Below, piece after piece: positions 38,163 through 46,183 of a stretch of DNA of 64,000 nucleotides (the stretch's first letter is position 1; each line of letters opens with the position of its first letter). The stretch is from Candidatus Magasanikbacteria bacterium RIFCSPHIGHO2_01_FULL_33_34 (GTDB lineage Bacteria > Patescibacteriota > Patescibacteriia > Magasanikbacterales > UBA922), in assembly GCA_001782825.1 (NCBI GenBank), contig MFPS01000006.1:3351-67350 (forward strand), in the 5' to 3' direction. The notes below the pieces were generated by a model. That model worked only from the letters and a program-made list of their open reading frames with translations. It was not told where the DNA came from and searched no databases. The translations under genes were made by a program, and so were the position numbers.

Positions 38163-38286
38163 AAAAAACAAAGCCCCCATTCATGCGCATTGGTGTGTCC
38201 CAATGCGTTGAATGAAGGCTCTTCTCTATCATATGACAAAGACCCCCTTCTTTTTTTGAAAAAACTGCTTCCTCTTTTTCAAGAGG
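38163..38286 (-). terminator. tandem rho-independent terminators downstream of the lipoprotein gene
   Basis: Stem cctctt/aagagg (38271-38286) followed by a U-run on the minus strand. A second 15-bp stem cattcatgcgcattgg/ccaatgcgttgaatg (38178-38214) is followed by gggggctttgttttttt on the minus strand. Confidence 0.55.
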
Positions 38287-38334
38287 TGCGAACTTATTGA
38301 TTTCTGTCACAATCCCCCAAGATCATCCAACAAA

Positions 38335-39210
38335 TTAATTAGAACAAGTTTGCCCTGATTGATAAATACAATCAATTAATTGCCAACCAATAAGGTCATC
38401 CATCTCTACTTCTTGTACTTGATCTACCTCTACTCCAGAAAGATCAAAGACATCAGAACCCCTGACAAACGCCTTATTTACACTATGCAATCTATACTCT
38501 AGTCCAACTACAATTATAGAACTATCACCTTTCTTTAGGACATCTCCTACAGAAAGCAAAGTATTATTATTTACCTCTCTGCCATTCGGCAATTCACTAG
38601 ACAAATCCAATACACCAGAAGCATCCAAGACTGAACGAACAAATGAGTCAGACATTAGCTCACCCAAGCCCGTCCATCCTGTCCTAAACCGAGGGATAAA
38701 ATTACCTCGTACAGGGTACTCTTGTGTACCTCCATGAACCTCTAATTTAAAAGTTGGTATTGGATAACCACTGTTGTCAAATACTACTGAATATAGGCCA
38801 TCAGTAAATTCGGCGCCACGAGAAACGCCGACCAAAGTGGTATACACTCCTGCAGACCCATTTACAACAAATGAAATTGAAACCCCATTACTATCAAAGA
38901 TTGCTACATGATACTTACCAGGATCAAGTGGAATAGAAATACTTCCATCATAAAAGTATAGCATTCCCCAATCATTCTGACCTGGGTGTGCTTCTTTGTA
39001 TACTTTAGCTGTTATATTACTTTGCGGAGTAAAAAAAATATATTCACCTTCAGGTGGATTATAATCCGGATTATCCGAACCATCCGGATTAGAACTTACC
39101 GAACCATCGGGATTATTGGGATCATCAACCCCACCTTCGCCACTATGGCTACTACATCCTCCTAAGAGGAAAACAGAAACAAACAAAACACCAATCAATG
39201 ACGTTTTCAT
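38335..39210 (-). CDS. lipoprotein (start adjusted to MKTSLIGVLFVSVFLLGGCSS); beta-rich extracytoplasmic protein
   Basis: Lipobox LLGGC after a hydrophobic h-region, followed by a D/P/N/G-rich linker. The longer ORF begins with an improbable MGWSHSMFF extension. Confidence 0.6.
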   Translation of the reverse strand: MKTSLIGVLFVSVFLLGGCSSHSGEGGVDDPNNPDGSVSSNPDGSDNPDYNPPEGEYIFFTPQSNITAKVYKEAHPGQNDWGMLYFYDGSISIPLDPGKYHVAIFDSNGVSISFVVNGSAGVYTTLVGVSRGAEFTDGLYSVVFDNSGYPIPTFKLEVHGGTQEYPVRGNFIPRFRTGWTGLGELMSDSFVRSVLDASGVLDLSSELPNGREVNNNTLLSVGDVLKKGDSSIIVVGLEYRLHSVNKAFVRGSDVFDLSGVEVDQVQEVEMDDLIGWQLIDCIYQSGQTCSN

Positions 39211-39401
39211 TATCTTGCCTTTCTTTTGTGACAAAAAGAACATTGAATGAGACCATCCCATTCAGATGAATTAACCATACCATATTTTTTGCCTTTTGTC
39301 AACCTAAATTACTCATAAAATAGAAATTTTTACTATAAAAAACAACAAAAAAACTCTTTTTTTAGAGTTTTTTGTCAATATTTATCAAAAAAATATCAAA
39401 A

Positions 39402-40010
39402 TTAAACCTCAACTATCAAATCTCCTTGTCTCAATACCTCAAAATTATCTTTATCTACTTTGATAATAGTAGATGTATTTCTATGCGGAAGAGTCCCACC
39501 ATCAATCACAATATCTGGTTTTTTATCTTCACTTTCATACATACTCAAAATTGACCCAATATCATAAGGGCTCTCAAGAGTAGCAATATTGGCAGAAGTA
39601 GAAACCAAGGGAACCCCCAATTCCTTGCACAATTGATGAGCTAGATGGTGACTAGTCACTCTCAAAGCCATTGTATTGTCAGAACCCACTACCCCATCAG
39701 CCAAACCGTCCTTATACACGACCGGAGCAACCACTGTCAAAGAACCAGGCCAATATTTACTTGCTAACTCAAATATTTTTGGAGACAATTCAATATATTT
39801 TCGCACCACATCAAGACCAGACACCAAAACCAAAACTGTTTTATCTTTTTGGCGTTTTTTTATCTCAAACAATTTATCAACTGCTTTCTGATTAGTAGCA
39901 TCACACCCTAGACCATAACAAGTTTCTGTGGGATAAACTATTACTTTACCTTGTCTCAATTCATCAACAATCTCCTTAATATTTATTTCAGCTTGTTTTA
40001 TAATTTTCAT
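39402..40010 (-). CDS. tsaC: L-threonylcarbamoyladenylate synthase (YrdC/TsaC family)
   Basis: YPTETCYGLGCDA and VSTSANI motifs. Length is 202 aa. Confidence 0.85.
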   Translation of the reverse strand: MKIIKQAEINIKEIVDELRQGKVIVYPTETCYGLGCDATNQKAVDKLFEIKKRQKDKTVLVLVSGLDVVRKYIELSPKIFELASKYWPGSLTVVAPVVYKDGLADGVVGSDNTMALRVTSHHLAHQLCKELGVPLVSTSANIATLESPYDIGSILSMYESEDKKPDIVIDGGTLPHRNTSTIIKVDKDNFEVLRQGDLIVEV

Positions 40011-40015
40011 ACTAA

Positions 40016-41110
40016 TTATGCTTTAAGATTTCTCAAATATGCTTCAATCAATAAATCAAGCTCTCCATCAAGCACAGCTTCAGGATCTTGTGTCTCATAT
40101 TTACTGCGCAAATCCTTTACCATTTTATATGGATGCAAAACATAAGAACGAATCTGATTGCCCCATTCAGCATTTTTGTGTTCTCCTTTCAACTTTTCTT
40201 GTTCTTTTTTTTCTGCCTGTTCCTTTAAAAGATTAAGTTTTGAAGCCAAAATTTTCAAAGCAGTTTCTTTGTTTTGCAATTGTGATCGTTCATTTTGGCA
40301 CTGCACTGTAATACCTGTTGGCTCATGCACAATCCGTACGGCTGAATAAGTAGTATTTACACTCTGACCACCATGACCACCAGACATAAAAGTATCAACT
40401 CTCAAATCTTTTGGATCAATTTTAATTTCATCACTGTCTTCAATCTCTGGTATTACTTCAATCAAAGCAAAAGAAGTATGGCGCATCTTTTCGGCATCAA
40501 ATGGTGAAATACGCACCAATCTATGTGTACCATGCTCTGATTTTAAATGCCCATAAGCATATCTACCTTCTACCCTAAATACTGTGGACTTTATACCTGC
40601 CTCAGTACCTCTGGATTCATCCAGTATAGTAGTAGCCCAACCCTTTTTTTCGCAATAACGCAATACCATTCTTAAAAGCATTTCCGCCCAATCTTGCGCT
40701 TCGGTACCGCCACTACCAGCATGCACAGATACAATTGCATTATTCTTGTCATGCACACCATCAAGCAACATAAAAAATTCCAAACCTTCAAATTGACTTT
40801 CAATTTGTTCAACTTTCTCATTGAATTCTTTTTCCATTGTTTCATCTGGCTCCTTCTCAAGATCATGGCCAAGCTCAATCAATTCATGCACTTCCTTTTT
40901 TATATGTATCCATTTTTCTACCTCGTCTTTATACTCTTCATACTTTTTACTTACTTTCTTGGCATTTTCTTGGTCTGACCAAAAATCCTGCTCTTGCATT
41001 TCAAGTTCAAGTCCATGCATTTGAGCAATTATTTGATCAACTTCCAATAATTTCCAGGTACTTTCTATCCTACCCTCCAAATCTGATAACTTTTTTATAA
41101 CATCACTCAT
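40016..41110 (-). CDS. prfB: peptide chain release factor 2, encoded in a single frame with no programmed +1 frameshift site
   Basis: The SPF tripeptide (RISPFDA) is RF2-specific. The GGQ motif SGGHGGQSVNTT is present. 364 aa. Confidence 0.9.
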   Translation of the reverse strand: MSDVIKKLSDLEGRIESTWKLLEVDQIIAQMHGLELEMQEQDFWSDQENAKKVSKKYEEYKDEVEKWIHIKKEVHELIELGHDLEKEPDETMEKEFNEKVEQIESQFEGLEFFMLLDGVHDKNNAIVSVHAGSGGTEAQDWAEMLLRMVLRYCEKKGWATTILDESRGTEAGIKSTVFRVEGRYAYGHLKSEHGTHRLVRISPFDAEKMRHTSFALIEVIPEIEDSDEIKIDPKDLRVDTFMSGGHGGQSVNTTYSAVRIVHEPTGITVQCQNERSQLQNKETALKILASKLNLLKEQAEKKEQEKLKGEHKNAEWGNQIRSYVLHPYKMVKDLRSKYETQDPEAVLDGELDLLIEAYLRNLKA

Positions 41111-41243
41111 AAATCAACTATTTTAATAATCTCTAATTTGGAGTATACTACAATCAAATGAGTGAGCCAAGAGCTAAGTCTTATTTAAGTTCTTGCGAAC
41201 TAGTGCAAATCATTATAAATAAATTTTAAACTTATATAACAAT

Positions 41244-41486
41244 ATGAGATATATATATGGACTTATAGCCATAGTACTAGGCGTAATGTTTGTAATCAAA
41301 TCAGAATGGTTAGTTAATAATTTTGGCGCCAATGCTTGGGCAGAAGAACATCTTGGTACCAGTGGTGGTTCACGACTAATGTACAAACTAATGGGTATCG
41401 CTATCATCATACTAACAGTTATGATACTCTCTGGTATGGCCCAAGAAATATTCTTGAGTGTACTCGGTCGTACATTTGGTCTCTAA
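41244..41486 (+). CDS. small hypothetical membrane protein (80 aa, 2 TM)
   Basis: ORF with two hydrophobic helices, placed in a divergent promoter region opposite prfB. Confidence 0.4.
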   Translation: MRYIYGLIAIVLGVMFVIKSEWLVNNFGANAWAEEHLGTSGGSRLMYKLMGIAIIILTVMILSGMAQEIFLSVLGRTFGL

Positions 41487-41491
41487 TATAT

Positions 41492-42046
41492 ATGTATAGT
41501 AGTGGTAATAAACTTATAAACCCTCAATTACTTTTTGAAAAAGTAAGACTGCAGTCAAATATGCATATTGCAGATTTTGGTTGTGGAAAAACTGGTCAAA
41601 TAGTTTTTACTGCTTCCAAAATAATAGGTGAAAATGGAATAATATATGCTGTAGATATTCTCCAAGAAGATTTAGGTATCGTTGAAAAAAGAGCCAAACT
41701 TAATAACCAAACAAATATCCATACAATCTGGTCAGATGTGGAACAAGTTGGCAAAACTTCAATTCCTGCAAAAAGTTTAGATGTGATTTTTATGGTGAAT
41801 ATATTAAATCACACAACAAACACTGACAATCCCCTCAATGAGGCCAAAAGGCTACTAAAAGAAAAAGCCAGAATAATTGTTGCTGACTGGAAACACAATC
41901 ATGGTCTGTCTATAGGACCAACTGAAAACAAAACTATTAATTTTGAAAAAATAATCCAATGGGCAAACAATAATAATTTTGCAGTTCAAGAAAAATTTGA
42001 AGCCGGTAAATATCACAATGGTATAGTTTTATTTAGACACGACTAA
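41492..42046 (+). CDS. class I SAM-dependent methyltransferase (start adjusted to the ATG after the upstream ORF stop)
   Basis: Motif I DFGCGKTG and acidic motif II IYAVDI. The longer ORF from 41336 overlaps the preceding gene. Confidence 0.65.
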   Translation: MYSSGNKLINPQLLFEKVRLQSNMHIADFGCGKTGQIVFTASKIIGENGIIYAVDILQEDLGIVEKRAKLNNQTNIHTIWSDVEQVGKTSIPAKSLDVIFMVNILNHTTNTDNPLNEAKRLLKEKARIIVADWKHNHGLSIGPTENKTINFEKIIQWANNNNFAVQEKFEAGKYHNGIVLFRHD

Positions 42047-42048
42047 AT

Positions 42049-42420
42049 ATGGCAAAAACCGAAAAAAGAAAAATTGGGGATTTTGGTGAGGATTTGGCCT
42101 CATCTTTTTTAATTGAAAAAAGTTATAATATAATTGAGCGAAACTTTCTTTGTAGAGAAGGTGAAATTGACATTATAGCTTGGTATAAAATAAAAAAAAT
42201 AAAAACCTTATGCTTTGTAGAAGTTAAAACTCGCAAACAAGATGATGGTAGCGCAGAACGCGCCACAAACCAAGCAAAACTAAACCGCCTTTTTAAGGCG
42301 GCTCGTAGATATTGTATTGTTAATAATATTAATGTAGAAAAGACTCCGATACAATTTGAGCAAGTCAGTGTATTTACTTCTGATAATACCTTTGCTCATT
42401 ATATAATACCAATATATTGA
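42049..42420 (+). CDS. yraN: YraN family (UPF0102) endonuclease-like protein
   Basis: GEDLASSFLIEKSYNIIERNF...GEIDIIAW...FVEVKTR matches the YraN signature. The stop codon is TGA. Confidence 0.8.
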   Translation: MAKTEKRKIGDFGEDLASSFLIEKSYNIIERNFLCREGEIDIIAWYKIKKIKTLCFVEVKTRKQDDGSAERATNQAKLNRLFKAARRYCIVNNINVEKTPIQFEQVSVFTSDNTFAHYIIPIY

Positions 42421-42435
42421 TAATACCAACTAAAA

Positions 42436-43188
42436 CTATTGTTGATTTCCCACAATAATAACCACTTTTACTGAACTTTCTGTTTCCCCTTCTGGCATTA
42501 CATTGACCGCAGTCACACCTAAACTTTGTTCCAAATCACTCACATCATCCTCACCTAAATTAACCAAAATTGTCCCAGTATAATCATTGGTAACAGCATT
42601 TACCACTCTAACAACATTATAATTATCTTCATCTGCCAAACTATTAGCCAAATTTTGTGCCACACCTTGTACTGTACTACCATTTCTCACTTCCACATCT
42701 AAAGTTTCCACATTTTCTTCTAAATCTACAACTTCTTCAACAACCTCTTCTACCACAACCTCAGGTTGAGTATTGACTTGATTATTTTGAATATATACCG
42801 GACCAACATTTACAAGTACATCTCTTTCAGGATTATAAACTATAGCTTTGTTTGAATAAATCAAAACTTTATCCCCATTTTGTGCGCCAACAAAAAAACT
42901 TTGTTGCTGTACCAGAGCATCTATATCTTCAATTGTTGCTACAGTCGGAGTTTCATTTTCAGGTAAAATTATATGCTTACTAACTTTTTCAACTATAGCT
43001 TCGATTTCTCTTTGATTTACTTCTTGCTTACCTTCTTCTGAAGTCAATTGATAAATTTGCTGTTCAGCTTTTTGATATTTCATAAAATACCAAACAAAAC
43101 TTACCAATAAAGCCAAAAATAAAAAACCAAAAACAAATTTAATTATTACCCCTCCACTAAACCCATAATCTCGATCTTCGCTTGACAT
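42436..43188 (-). CDS. membrane-anchored LytR_C (LytR/CpsA/Psr C-terminal) domain protein
   Basis: N-terminal TM segment. The C-terminal region VEVRNGSTVQGVAQNLANSLADEDNYNVVRVVNA...YTGTILV is typical of LytR_C. Confidence 0.5.
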   Translation of the reverse strand: MSSEDRDYGFSGGVIIKFVFGFLFLALLVSFVWYFMKYQKAEQQIYQLTSEEGKQEVNQREIEAIVEKVSKHIILPENETPTVATIEDIDALVQQQSFFVGAQNGDKVLIYSNKAIVYNPERDVLVNVGPVYIQNNQVNTQPEVVVEEVVEEVVDLEENVETLDVEVRNGSTVQGVAQNLANSLADEDNYNVVRVVNAVTNDYTGTILVNLGEDDVSDLEQSLGVTAVNVMPEGETESSVKVVIIVGNQQ

Positions 43189-43392
43189 ACTTTTAATTTT
43201 AAATATTAATTATAATTTAGATTAAAATTGACTTTTTTGAAAGTATATATTTTATAGTTTATTTTGTCAAATAACCTAAAATCTTATTATTTATAATAAA
43301 AACAACCCAAGCAATATGATAAATACCCTTTACTGCATACCCACCTATATAAAAAATGTTAAAAATCACTAATAAATATATAATTTCAAAAC

Positions 43393-43421
43393 TTGACAAA
43401 TTACTCATTATGTGTTATAAT
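43393..43421 (+). promoter_or_regulatory. consensus promoter TTGACA-N17-TATAAT for nusA
   Basis: ttgaca (43393-43398), a 17-nt spacer, then tataat (43416-43421). A hairpin agtcta/tagact plus gcttttt follows in the leader at about 43436-43462. Confidence 0.55.
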
Positions 43422-43494
43422 ATATCTATATTAAAGTAGTCTAAATTAGACTGCTTTTTCTTTTACTTAAATTAAATCTAAAAATAATAAATAT

Positions 43495-44730
43495 ATGAGT
43501 GAAATATCTAAATCAATCCAACTCATCTGTGATGAAAAAGGGTTAAATTATGAAACTGTCCTAGAAGCAGTAGAATCAGCTTTGGCAGCTGCATATCGTA
43601 AAGATTTTGGTAATCGCGGACAAAATATCAAAGTAAAATTTGACGTAGAAACTGGAGACATAGAAGCTTGGGATATAAAAGAAGTGGTAGAGGATATATC
43701 AGAAGAAAAACTTGAAGCCGATCAAGAAGAATTAAGTAAGCGTCGCGAAATTGCTCGTGAAGAAGAACGTGAATTGACTGATGAAGAAACTGCTGATCTT
43801 GCTCAATTCAATCCAAAAACACAAATAATGCTAAAAGAAGCAAAAGAGCATGACAAAAAAGCTGAAATTGGAACGACTTTAAAAATTAATCTTGAAGTTC
43901 CAGGTGAATTTGGTCGTATGGCTGCTCAAACAGCCAAGCAGGTTATTATGCAAAAACTTCGTGAAGCAGAACGCAATACTGTTTTTGAAGACTTCAAGCA
44001 CCAAGAAGGCCAAATAGTTCAAGGTACAGTCCAAAGACGAGACAGAAATGGTTCTTTTATTATTGAACTTGGTAAAATTACCGGAATACTTCCTTCTGAA
44101 GAACAAATTCAAAAAGAATTTTATCGTCCTGGAGCTAGACTAAAATTCTATGTAAAATCAGTAGAAATGGGAAATCGTGGACCAGAAATTATTCTTTCTC
44201 GCGCTACCAAATCAATCATTGCTGAAATATTTCGTCAAGAAATTCCTGAAATAGAAGATGGCACCGTAATCATTGAGGATATAGCCCGTGATCCAGGCAA
44301 CAGATCAAAAATTTCTGTTTCCACAGAAGATGATTCTATTGACCCAATTGGTTCATGTATTGGCCAAAGAGGCAGTCGAATTACTACAATTATTAATGAA
44401 CTTGGTGGAGAAAAAATTGATGTAATCCAACATAATAAAGATCCAAAAGAATACATAAAACAAGCTTTGTCTCCAGCTAAAATTTTATCAGTTGAAATAG
44501 ATGATGAAGCCAAAGAAGCATTGGCAACTGTAGTAGCCGACCAATTTTCACTAGCTATTGGCCGTGGCGGACAAAATGTACGCCTAGCCGCCGATCTAAC
44601 TGGCTGGACAATCAAAGTTGTTCAAGAAGGTGGTGAAGATGTAGCTGTAAGCAGTGAAGAAGCACCCGAGAAAGTTGAAGAAAAACTTATTGAAGTAATT
44701 GGTGAATCTAATGAAGAAACAAAAGAATAA
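43495..44730 (+). CDS. nusA: transcription termination/antitermination factor NusA
   Basis: N-terminal domain, S1 domain (GQIVQGTVQRRDRNGSFIIELG), two KH domains (GSCIGQRGSRI, IGRGGQNVRLA), and an acidic C-terminus. Confidence 0.9.
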   Translation: MSEISKSIQLICDEKGLNYETVLEAVESALAAAYRKDFGNRGQNIKVKFDVETGDIEAWDIKEVVEDISEEKLEADQEELSKRREIAREEERELTDEETADLAQFNPKTQIMLKEAKEHDKKAEIGTTLKINLEVPGEFGRMAAQTAKQVIMQKLREAERNTVFEDFKHQEGQIVQGTVQRRDRNGSFIIELGKITGILPSEEQIQKEFYRPGARLKFYVKSVEMGNRGPEIILSRATKSIIAEIFRQEIPEIEDGTVIIEDIARDPGNRSKISVSTEDDSIDPIGSCIGQRGSRITTIINELGGEKIDVIQHNKDPKEYIKQALSPAKILSVEIDDEAKEALATVVADQFSLAIGRGGQNVRLAADLTGWTIKVVQEGGEDVAVSSEEAPEKVEEKLIEVIGESNEETKE

Positions 44731-44848
44731 TAAAAATAAAAAATCCCATCTGATAACAATGGGATTTTTTAATAGTAAATTTATCCATTGACCAAACAGC
44801 TCGTGAGTGCTATACTCTTTTCGTATCTTAATTTAATATTCACAAATT

Positions 44849-45688
44849 ATGAGAGAATTATTCCAAACAATTTTATACGAACCAATCTTCAATCTTTTTG
44901 TAGGCTTATACAATATCATACCTGATGTTGGTATTGTCATCTTGATTATCACCCTAGCTATCCGCATTGTATTATACCCAATGACCAAAAAGTCTATAGC
45001 TGCCCAAAAATCAATGACAGACCTCCAACCAAAACTTGAAGAATTAAAAATAAAATACAAAGGCGATCAGCAAACATTGGCCCAAGAGACAATGAAACTT
45101 TATAAAGAAAATAAAGTTAATCCTCTCGGTTCATGTCTACCAATATTAGTCCAATTACCAGTTTTTATTGCTATATACTGGGTATTACAAGAAGGTCTAG
45201 GGTCCGAACAAAACTTTGACACACTCTATAGTTTTGTTAAAAATCCTGGAGAAATAAAAACAATTTCTCTTGGATTTATTGATCTCGGTCAAAAAAATAT
45301 AATCCTCGCTGCCGCTGCTGGGCTTGCCCAATACTGGCAATCCAAAATGATGCAAAGCAAAAAACCACCAAAAGAAGCTGGTGAAGGCGCCAAAGATGAA
45401 AGTACGATGTCTATGGTAAACAAACAAATGCTATATTTTATGCCTGGATTGACCTTCTTTATTGGTATGTCATTCCCTGGCGGACTTGCTCTATATTGGT
45501 TTTTGTCAACTTTATTGACTGCTCTCCAACAAAAATATATGCTAAGTGACAAAGAAAAAAATACTGAAACAAAAGAAGAAAAAAAGATTGTAGAAAAAAC
45601 AATTGAAGGTGAAGTAGAAGAAATAAAAGATAAACCAACTGAAACAGAAAAAAAAGCTGAAGAGACAAAAGAAAATAACAATACTTAA
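44849..45688 (+). CDS. yidC: membrane protein insertase YidC/Oxa1 (short form)
   Basis: PMTKKSIAAQKSM...LQPKLEELKIKY...NPLGSCLPILVQLPVFIAIYWVL, plus a K/E-rich C-terminal tail. Confidence 0.85.
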   Translation: MRELFQTILYEPIFNLFVGLYNIIPDVGIVILIITLAIRIVLYPMTKKSIAAQKSMTDLQPKLEELKIKYKGDQQTLAQETMKLYKENKVNPLGSCLPILVQLPVFIAIYWVLQEGLGSEQNFDTLYSFVKNPGEIKTISLGFIDLGQKNIILAAAAGLAQYWQSKMMQSKKPPKEAGEGAKDESTMSMVNKQMLYFMPGLTFFIGMSFPGGLALYWFLSTLLTALQQKYMLSDKEKNTETKEEKKIVEKTIEGEVEEIKDKPTETEKKAEETKENNNT

Positions 45689-45689
45689 T

Positions 45690-45983
45690 ATGTTAACTTC
45701 CTACAATGAAATCAAAAGTAAAGTTGTAGAAACAAAATCAGGCACAAGAATAGGCAAAGTTTGTGATCTACTAATCAACACTGAACAAGACTTTATAACT
45801 CACTACGAAGTAAAAACAAAACTTGTTGGCGGTGACAATATCCTCATTAGTCGAGAACAAATTATCAGACATGAACAAAATAAAATAATAGTGGATGATA
45901 ATGTAAAATTAATAGAAGCCAAAGAAATAAAACAAAATTCAAATATCAATCCCGAACCGATTGCTATGAGTGAAACAAACTAA
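45690..45983 (+). CDS. PRC-barrel domain protein
   Basis: 97 aa. VVETKSGTRIGKVCDLLINTEQDFITHYEV resembles the PRC-barrel/YlmC pattern. Confidence 0.4.
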   Translation: MLTSYNEIKSKVVETKSGTRIGKVCDLLINTEQDFITHYEVKTKLVGGDNILISREQIIRHEQNKIIVDDNVKLIEAKEIKQNSNINPEPIAMSETN

Positions 45984-45985
45984 AA

Positions 45986-46008
45986 AATTCGCATATAGCG
46001 AATTTTTT
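45986..46008 (+). terminator. rho-independent terminator after the yidC/PRC operon
   Basis: Stem aattcgc/gcgaatt with loop atata, followed by tttttt. Confidence 0.6.
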
Positions 46009-46183
46009 ATTATTGACAAAATAATTTTATTATATATTTCAATATGGTATATTTATATTAGTAGTTCTAAAAAATGCTCTTTACAATTTACTCAAAAAAC
46101 TTATAAAACAAATTTTAATACAAAATTACAACATTTTACAAAATCAAACAGACAACACTTTTGAAACCGAAAGGAAAAGGCCC

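Noticed and set aside
39210-39261. Long N-terminal extensions of listed ORFs (38335-39261 MGWSH..., 55597-57339 MVLLCGIY..., 49140-50012 MVKMVALAG..., 41336-42046, 59335-59727)
   Set aside because: Internal ATGs with better RBSs (e.g. AGGAGA before 49916), signal-peptide logic (MKTSLIG...LLGGC) or removal of overlaps with neighbouring genes favour the shorter starts. The coordinates were adjusted accordingly.
40016-41110. Programmed +1 frameshift in prfB, or an alternative genetic code (UGA=Gly)
   Set aside because: RF2 is intact in one frame with the SPF motif. Several genes (e.g. yraN at 42418-42420) terminate at TGA where homology ends. The standard code 11 therefore applies.
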